Assembly: GCA_021813275.1 (NCBI GenBank) | Contig: JAKALD010000002.1 | Coordinates: forward strand, 1 to 46,552 | Direction of reading: 5' to 3' | Origin: Pseudomonadota bacterium | GTDB taxonomy: Bacteria; Pseudomonadota; Gammaproteobacteria; Burkholderiales; SG8-39 | DNA: 46,552 nucleotides | Shown here: positions 40,821 to 46,552 of the stretch, one piece after another | How the letters are laid out: each line of letters opens with the position of its first letter | Numbering within the stretch: position 1 is the stretch's first letter | Made by a program: the position numbers and the translations under genes | The notes under the pieces: generated by a model | Told to the model about the DNA's origin: nothing | Databases searched by the model: none | The model's input: the letters and a program-made list of their open reading frames with translations, nothing else

Positions 40821-41873
40821 ATGACATCTGCGATTCGAACGACCTCCAGATCCGCACTCAAGGCGGCGGCGCGCTGCGCCCTCGGCGTCGCCTTCGCGGC
40901 CGCCGCGGTCGCCGCGCACAGCGAAACGCTGACGGGCGCCGGCGGCACCGCGATCTATCCGGTGCTGCAGCAGTGGGCGGCGGCCTACCAGAAGGAAAAG
41001 GGCATCGGCATGAACTACCAAGCCATCGGCTCCGGCGGCGGCATCAAGCAGATCCAGAGCAAGGTCGTGCCGTTCGCGAACAGCGACAAGCCGCTCACGC
41101 CCGAGGACCTGAAGAAATCCGGCCTGGTGCAGTTCCCGGCCGTCATCATCGGCATCACGCCGGTGGTGCACCTGCCGAATGTCAAGCCCGGGGAGCTGGT
41201 GTTCGACGGCAAGGTGCTCGCCGACATCTACCTGGGCGTGATCAAGAGCTGGAACGACCCGAGGATCCACGCGCTCAATCCGAACGTGAAGCTGCCGGAC
41301 ATGGCGATCACCGTGGTGCACCGCTCGGACGGCTCCGGCACGACCTTCAACTTCACCAACTACCTGTCCAAGGTGAGCCCCGAGTGGAAGCAGAAGGTCG
41401 GCTCGGACGTGTCGGTGTCCTGGCCGGTGGGCGTGGGCGGCAAGGGCAACGCGGGCGTCGCGCAGTACGTCCAGCAAGTGAACGGCGCGATCGGCTACGT
41501 CGAGTATGCGTACGTGATGGAAGCCAAGATGGACTACGCCCGCATGAAGAACCGCGATGGCAAGATCGTGAGTCCGAGCCTGCAGACGTTCCAGGCGGCC
41601 GCGGCCAACGCCGACTTCGGCAAGACGCACGACTTCTACCTGATTCTCACCGATCAGCCCGGCGCGCAGAGCTGGCCGATCACCGCGGCGACCTATATCC
41701 TCATGCGCAAGGACACCCCCGAGGCCCAGAACAAGAAGGTGATCGAATTCTGCGACTGGTTCCTCGAGAAGGGGCAATCGTACGCGGCGAAGCTCGACTA
41801 CGTGCCGCTGCCCAACCCGACGGTCAGCCTGATCAAGACCTACTGGAAGAACGAGCTCGGCATGCAGCCGTAA
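40821..41873 (+). CDS. pstS: phosphate ABC transporter substrate-binding protein
   Basis: Signal peptide, LTGAGGTAIYPVLQQWAAAYQKEKG, NYQAIGSGGGIKQ, VHRSDGSGTTFNFTNYLS, GAIGYVEYAY. Confidence 0.9.
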   Translation: MTSAIRTTSRSALKAAARCALGVAFAAAAVAAHSETLTGAGGTAIYPVLQQWAAAYQKEKGIGMNYQAIGSGGGIKQIQSKVVPFANSDKPLTPEDLKKSGLVQFPAVIIGITPVVHLPNVKPGELVFDGKVLADIYLGVIKSWNDPRIHALNPNVKLPDMAITVVHRSDGSGTTFNFTNYLSKVSPEWKQKVGSDVSVSWPVGVGGKGNAGVAQYVQQVNGAIGYVEYAYVMEAKMDYARMKNRDGKIVSPSLQTFQAAAANADFGKTHDFYLILTDQPGAQSWPITAATYILMRKDTPEAQNKKVIEFCDWFLEKGQSYAAKLDYVPLPNPTVSLIKTYWKNELGMQP

Positions 41874-41900
41874 GGCCGCCGCAGTTCAAAGCACCGCAAG

Positions 41901-41932
41901 ACGGCGGGCCTCTCAGCCCGCCGTTTTGTCTT
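41901..41932 (+). terminator. rho-independent terminator after pstS
   Basis: ACGGCGGGC ctctca GCCCGCCGT followed by TTTGTCTT. Confidence 0.75.
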
Positions 41933-42025
41933 CCGCGGGCGCCGCGGCAGCAGTACGCGGCACCAGTGTAGACTGTGCGCTTCGCGCCGCGGCTCACGCG
42001 GCGCATCCCAAGCCGATATCGAGGC

Positions 42026-42691
42026 ATGCGCATTCTGCTGGTCGAGGACGACCGCATGATCGGCGTCGATCTCTCCGAAGCGCTGCGCACGGACGGCCAT
42101 TCGGTGGATTGGGTCACCGACGGCCTGGCGGCAGAGCTCGCGCTGCAGGCCACGCGCTTCGACCTCGCGCTGCTCGATCTCGGGCTGCCGCGCAAGGCGG
42201 GGCGCGAAGTGCTGCGCGCGCTGCGCCACCGGGACGACGCGACCCCGGTCATCGTGATCACCGCGCGCGATGCGCTCGAGGACCGCGTCGAAGGTCTCGA
42301 TCTCGGCGCGGACGATTATCTCGTCAAGCCCTTCGAGCTCGCCGAGCTCAAGGCGCGCATGCGCGCTGTGGCCCGCCGACACGCGGGCCGGGCGCGTCCG
42401 CGGCTGTCGAACGGCACGCTCACCGTCGACCCGGCCACGCGTGAAGTCTGGGTCGAGGGGCGCGAGGTCACGCTGTCGGCAAAGGAGTACGCGGTGCTCT
42501 ATGCGCTGCTCGAGCGGCCGGGCGCGATCCTGTCGCGCCGCCAGATCGAGGAGCGCGTCTACGGCTGGAACGAGGAAGTCGAGAGCAACGCGGTGGACGT
42601 CCTCATCCACTACCTGCGCCGCAAGCTGGGCGCCGGCGCGATCAAGAACGTGCGCGGCGCCGGGTGGATGGTGCCGAAATCCGGCGCGTGA
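42026..42691 (+). CDS. OmpR-family response regulator
   Basis: MRILLVEDDRMIG...LALLDLGLP...ADDYLVKPF...NVRGAGW. Paralogue of 29560-30228. Confidence 0.9.
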   Translation: MRILLVEDDRMIGVDLSEALRTDGHSVDWVTDGLAAELALQATRFDLALLDLGLPRKAGREVLRALRHRDDATPVIVITARDALEDRVEGLDLGADDYLVKPFELAELKARMRAVARRHAGRARPRLSNGTLTVDPATREVWVEGREVTLSAKEYAVLYALLERPGAILSRRQIEERVYGWNEEVESNAVDVLIHYLRRKLGAGAIKNVRGAGWMVPKSGA

Positions 42692-44007
42692 TGCCGCCCG
42701 GTGCCTCGCTCAGACGGCGCATCCTGCTTCCGGTGGCGGGCCTCCTGCTCGTTGCCGGCGTCGCGTCGGCCGCTGTCGCCTTCTACCTCGCGAAGGGCGA
42801 GGCGAACGAGCTGCTCGACTACCAGCTGCAGCAGCTCACGCGCGTCGTTGCGACCGAAGGGGTCGCGGTGCCTTCGCCCGTCCTGCCCCCGAACGCCCGG
42901 GATACCGACGTCGAGGACAACTTCATGGTGTTCGTGTGGGACGAGAACGGGCGGCTGCTTCATCGCACGCGCGCGGCGCCGGCGATCGAGCGGCCGTCGC
43001 TCGGCTTCACGACGGTCGCGGCGGGCGGCAAGCGCTGGCGCGTGTTCAGCGAGAAGGTGGGACCGCGGCAGTTCGGCGTCGCGCAGCGCATGGACTTGCG
43101 TACCGAGCTGGCCGGCGCCGGCGCGCTGCAAGCGCTCCTTCCCGTGCTCGCGCTCGTGCCGCTCATCGGGCTCACGATCGGCTGGATCGTGCTGCGTTCG
43201 CTCAGGCCGTTGCGCGTCCTCTCGGCCGACGTCCGGCAGCGCGCGGCGACCGACCTGAGGCCGCTGCCCGAGCACGACCTTCCGGACGAGGTGCGCCCGC
43301 TGGTGCACGCTATGAACGGCCTGCTCACTCGGCTGGACGCGGCGATGACGCGCCAGAAGCGCTTCGTCGCCGACGCGGCGCACGAGCTGCGCACGCCGCT
43401 CGCCGCGCTGCAGATCCAGGCGGAAATGCTCGAGGGTGCGGCCGATGACGGCGAGCGGCGCCAGCGGACGCGGGCGCTGCGCACCGGCATCGCGCGGCTC
43501 TCGGGCCTGGTGTCGCAGCTGCTCACCATGGCGCGGCTCGACGCGGCGCCCGCTTCCGAGCCCGTCGAGCTCGATCTGCTCGAGATGGTCAAGGAGATCG
43601 TCGCGGAGCTCTATCCGTTCGCGGAGTCGCGCTCGATCAACCTCGGTCTGGCGGAGAGCGAAAGCATCGCGATCCGCGGCCATCCGGCGGGGCTGCGCGC
43701 GCTGTTCGGCAACCTGATCGACAACGCGCTGCGCTACACGCCGGAAGGCGGGCGGGTCGACGTCTCGGTCAAGCGCCTCGCCGGGGGCGCGGCCGTCGCC
43801 GTAGCCGATTCGGGCCCCGGGATTCCCGAGGCGGAGCTGCCGCAGGTGTTCGATCGCTTCTACAGGGTCGCGGGCGGTGAAGCCTCGGGCCACGGCCTCG
43901 GTCTGGCGATCGCGCGCGCGGCGGCCGAGCAGGACCGGGCGCGCATCGTGCTAGAGAACCGCACCGACGGCTCCGGCTTGCGGGCGAGCGTGATCTTCGC
44001 CCTATAA
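42691..44007 (+). CDS. sensor histidine kinase (QseC-like)
   Basis: The ATG overlaps the regulator stop (TGATG). Two TM segments, FVADAAHELRTPLAALQIQAEML, FGNLIDNALRYTP, GHGLGLAIARAAA. Confidence 0.85.
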   Translation: MPPGASLRRRILLPVAGLLLVAGVASAAVAFYLAKGEANELLDYQLQQLTRVVATEGVAVPSPVLPPNARDTDVEDNFMVFVWDENGRLLHRTRAAPAIERPSLGFTTVAAGGKRWRVFSEKVGPRQFGVAQRMDLRTELAGAGALQALLPVLALVPLIGLTIGWIVLRSLRPLRVLSADVRQRAATDLRPLPEHDLPDEVRPLVHAMNGLLTRLDAAMTRQKRFVADAAHELRTPLAALQIQAEMLEGAADDGERRQRTRALRTGIARLSGLVSQLLTMARLDAAPASEPVELDLLEMVKEIVAELYPFAESRSINLGLAESESIAIRGHPAGLRALFGNLIDNALRYTPEGGRVDVSVKRLAGGAAVAVADSGPGIPEAELPQVFDRFYRVAGGEASGHGLGLAIARAAAEQDRARIVLENRTDGSGLRASVIFAL

Positions 44008-44100
44008 TCCCCCGCTAATTTTCGGCCGCTAGACTGCGTCCCCGTGTCCGCGGATCCTGAGGTTTGCGCCGTCCTTGCGCCGCGGCATCGTCGAACCGTC

Positions 44101-45495
44101 ATGGGGAAACCGCATTCACAGCGCCCGCGACGCGCCGCGAGGCACGTATTCCTCGCCGCGGCGGCGCTGCTCGCCGGCTGCGCGAGCTACGCGCCGCGAC
44201 CGCTGCCGTCACGCATCGCGCAACCTTCCAACGTCGGCGACATCCGGGTCGACGCGGCGCGCATGCCGCTCGCCTCCCTGCGCACGCACCGCTTCGACCC
44301 GAGCGACGGCTTGGACATGGACGAAGTTGCGATGCTTTCGGTCGCCAACAACCCGCAGCTGCGCGCCGCGCGTGACGCGGTCGGAGTCGCGCGGGCGCAG
44401 GCGTACGCCGCCGGACTACTTCCCGACCCGCAGCTCGGTGTCACGCGCGACGTTCCCACCAACGGCGGTCCGGGCAATACGAGCGCGTTCAGCTTGGGGC
44501 TGAGCGAGGACGTGAGCGCGCTGCTGACGCGCTCGGTGGCGCGCAGCGCCGCCGAGGCGCACGCGCGCGAGGTGCACCTCAACCTCCTGTGGCAGGAGTG
44601 GCAGGTCGTGAGCCAGGCGCGGCTGCTGTTCGTGCGCAACCTCGAGCAGGAGCGGCTGTTGCGCCTGCTGCAGGAGAACCGCGAGCTCTTCGCAGCACGC
44701 TATCGGCGCGCGCGCGCGGCGCTGCGCGAGGGAAACGCGACGATCCAGGCCGCGAGCGCGGACTTGGTGGCGCTGCAGGGCGTCGAGCGCCAGATCGCCG
44801 AGCTCGAGCGCCAGATCGAGCACAACCGCCTCCAGCTCAACCTGCTGCTCGGGCTCGCCGCCGGCACCAAGCTCCACCTGGTGGGAGGGGTGGCGCTGCC
44901 GCCTCTCGACGCGGCGCGGATCCGCGCCGAGCTGCCGCAGCTCGCGATGCGCCGCCCCGACCTGCTCGCGCTGCGCGCCGGCTACGAGAGCCAGGAGCAG
45001 CGCTTCCGCCAGGCGGTGCTCGGGCAATTCCCGGCGCTCAACGTCGGCCTGACGCACGCGCGCGACACAAGCGACATTTACACCCTCGGCATCGGGATCA
45101 CGCTCACGCTGCCGATCTTCAACGGCAACCGCGGCAACATCGCGATCGAGCGCGCCACGCGCCGGCGTCTGTACGACGAGTACCGGGCGCGGCTGCAGGC
45201 CGCGGACAGCGAAGTGCGCGGAATCCTGATCGATCAGCGCCTGCTTCACGTCCAGCTGGAGGGCGCCGAGCGCAGCATCGCGGAGCTCGAGCGCGTTGCG
45301 GCGGGCGCGGGAGCGGCCTACCGCGCCGGCAACCTCAGCGAGCTGGAGTACGTCAACCTGCGCGCGGGGCTGCTCGCCAAGCGCATCGAAGCGGTGACGC
45401 TCGAGCAGAACCTTCTCGAGCAGCGGGTCGCGCTGCAAACCCTGGTAGGCACGGAGCTGCCGGTGAAGAATAAACTCGACGGAACCAGAAAATGA
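44101..45495 (+). CDS. efflux outer-membrane factor lipoprotein (TolC/NodT family)
   Basis: Lipobox LLAGC, with coiled-coil and beta-barrel repeats typical of OMF proteins. First gene of an OMF-MFP-RND operon. Confidence 0.85.
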   Translation: MGKPHSQRPRRAARHVFLAAAALLAGCASYAPRPLPSRIAQPSNVGDIRVDAARMPLASLRTHRFDPSDGLDMDEVAMLSVANNPQLRAARDAVGVARAQAYAAGLLPDPQLGVTRDVPTNGGPGNTSAFSLGLSEDVSALLTRSVARSAAEAHAREVHLNLLWQEWQVVSQARLLFVRNLEQERLLRLLQENRELFAARYRRARAALREGNATIQAASADLVALQGVERQIAELERQIEHNRLQLNLLLGLAAGTKLHLVGGVALPPLDAARIRAELPQLAMRRPDLLALRAGYESQEQRFRQAVLGQFPALNVGLTHARDTSDIYTLGIGITLTLPIFNGNRGNIAIERATRRRLYDEYRARLQAADSEVRGILIDQRLLHVQLEGAERSIAELERVAAGAGAAYRAGNLSELEYVNLRAGLLAKRIEAVTLEQNLLEQRVALQTLVGTELPVKNKLDGTRK

Positions 45496-46517
45496 CGAAA
45501 TATTGGGCCGCGCTGCTATGCGCGGCATGGGTGATGGGGACCGCTGGCGCGAGCGCGGCGGACGGGCCGAGCGTGCTGGTGAAAACCGCGCCCATGAAGC
45601 GCGAGGACCTGGCGGTGACGCTTGTCGGCTACGGGCGGGTCGCGCCGGACATCGGCGCGACGGTCAACGTCAACCTGCCTCGCGCGGGGCGCGTCGCGCG
45701 CCTGATGGTGAGCCCGGGCGAGCTGGTGAGGGCCGGCGCGCCGCTGCTCGAGTTCGATACTGGTCCGGCGGCGGCGCTCGCCTACCGGCAGGCACAGAAC
45801 GCGCTCGCGCTCGCGCGCGAGGATCTCGGGCGCACCGAGCAGCTCGCTGCGCAGCGCCTGGCGACGCAATCCCAGCTCGCCGCCGCGCGCAGGGCGCTCG
45901 CCGATGCCGAGGCCGCGCTCGCCGCGCAGCGCAAGCTCGGCGCCGGCCGCCAGACCGAGCGCGTCAGCGCGCCGTTCGACGGCATCGTGGTGAGCATCCC
46001 GGTGGCCCAGGGCGACCGCATCGCGGCCGGCGCGACCGTGCTGCAGGTCGCCCGGCGCACCGGCCTGCGAGTGGACCTCGGCATCGAGCCCGAGGACAGC
46101 GACAAGGTCAGGGCCGCAATGCCGGTCCGGCTCACCTCGGTGTTCGACGCTCATCGCGCGGTCGAGGCGAAGGTCGCCCAGGTCCACGGCATGGTCAACC
46201 CGAGCACTCAGCTCGTGGACGTAGTGGTCAGGCTGAGCGACGGGGTCCTCATTCCCGGAATGCGGGTTCGCGGCGTGATCACGCTCTCGCGCGCGAGCAC
46301 TTGGACAGTGCCGCGTTCGGCGGTGCTGAGAGATGCGCGCGGTGCCTACATCTTCCAGGTGAAGGACGGGCACGCGGTGCGCGTGACCGTACGCACCGGA
46401 ACCGAGACCGACCAGGTGACGGGCATCAGCGGCGACCTCGATCCGGCGCTTCCGGTGGTGGTGCTCGGCAACTACGAGCTCGAGGACGGCATGGCAGTGC
46501 GGGAGACGGCGCGGTGA
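45492..46517 (+). CDS. efflux RND periplasmic adaptor (membrane fusion protein)
   Basis: ATGA overlap with the OMF gene. Signal/anchor, a lipoyl-like hairpin flanking a coiled coil (ALAREDLGRTEQLAAQRLATQSQLAAARRALADAEAALAAQRKL), and a beta-barrel C-terminus. Confidence 0.85.
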   Translation: MTKYWAALLCAAWVMGTAGASAADGPSVLVKTAPMKREDLAVTLVGYGRVAPDIGATVNVNLPRAGRVARLMVSPGELVRAGAPLLEFDTGPAAALAYRQAQNALALAREDLGRTEQLAAQRLATQSQLAAARRALADAEAALAAQRKLGAGRQTERVSAPFDGIVVSIPVAQGDRIAAGATVLQVARRTGLRVDLGIEPEDSDKVRAAMPVRLTSVFDAHRAVEAKVAQVHGMVNPSTQLVDVVVRLSDGVLIPGMRVRGVITLSRASTWTVPRSAVLRDARGAYIFQVKDGHAVRVTVRTGTETDQVTGISGDLDPALPVVVLGNYELEDGMAVRETAR

Positions 46518-46552
46518 ATTTCACCCAGTGGGTGCAGGCCCACCGCCGCTCG
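46514..46552 (+). CDS. 5' end of the RND efflux permease (cut by the window edge)
   Basis: GTG overlaps the MFP stop (GTGA). VNFTQWVQAHRRS resembles RND pump N-termini. Only 13 codons are visible. Confidence 0.5.
   Translation, partial: MNFTQWVQAHRRS

Noticed and set aside
1-46552. CRISPR arrays, tandem repeats, rRNA/tRNA genes and intact mobile elements
   Set aside because: Reading the intergenic regions, I saw no regularly spaced direct repeats, no long tandem arrays and no structured RNA gene signatures. The only repeats are the short hairpins and palindromes listed and the two PA2779-family gene copies.

Overview
High-GC proteobacterial chromosomal segment, roughly two-thirds G+C by eye. 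The protein repertoire looks Burkholderiales-like, but that is inference only. About 50 protein genes are supported. I found no rRNA, tRNA or CRISPR array by eye. Order of content: (i) 1-8352, a visibly more A/T-rich left block. It holds an anSME-type radical SAM/SPASM maturase, a leaderless ModA-like binding protein, an anion permease, a cytoplasmic 805-aa PHP-like protein, a divergent Crp/Fnr regulator and an IS3 orfA remnant. (ii) Housekeeping and accessory genes: PAP2 phosphatase, nitronate monooxygenase, glycine-zipper lipoprotein, SCP2 protein, aspartate ammonia-lyase, ECF sigma factor, MFS transporter, amidase, alpha-hydroxy-acid oxidase and PEBP. (iii) Two chrA chromate transporters, one followed by a rhodanese-ChrB_C fusion. 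(iv) Two diverged copies of a PA2779-family gene. (v) A DUF1924 / diheme cytochrome c / cytochrome b / response regulator / kinase operon. (vi) A class II amidotransferase coupled to a degenerate UbiA-like protein. (vii) A sorbosone-dehydrogenase-like protein, diheme cytochrome c, TonB-dependent receptor, TonB and a small DnaJ-type zinc-finger protein. (viii) A lone Pho-box pstS, then a two-component system and an OMF-MFP-RND efflux operon cut by the window edge. The best candidate for an undescribed system is the sulfatase-less maturase cluster at 412-7984. Second-tier observations are a promoter-plus-terminator unit that looks like a ~90-nt sRNA (40568-40692), a coupled pair of small membrane proteins sitting in the stump of a dead sensor kinase, and several decayed or half-size genes. 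All functional calls rest on motif recognition by eye, and no database search was run.
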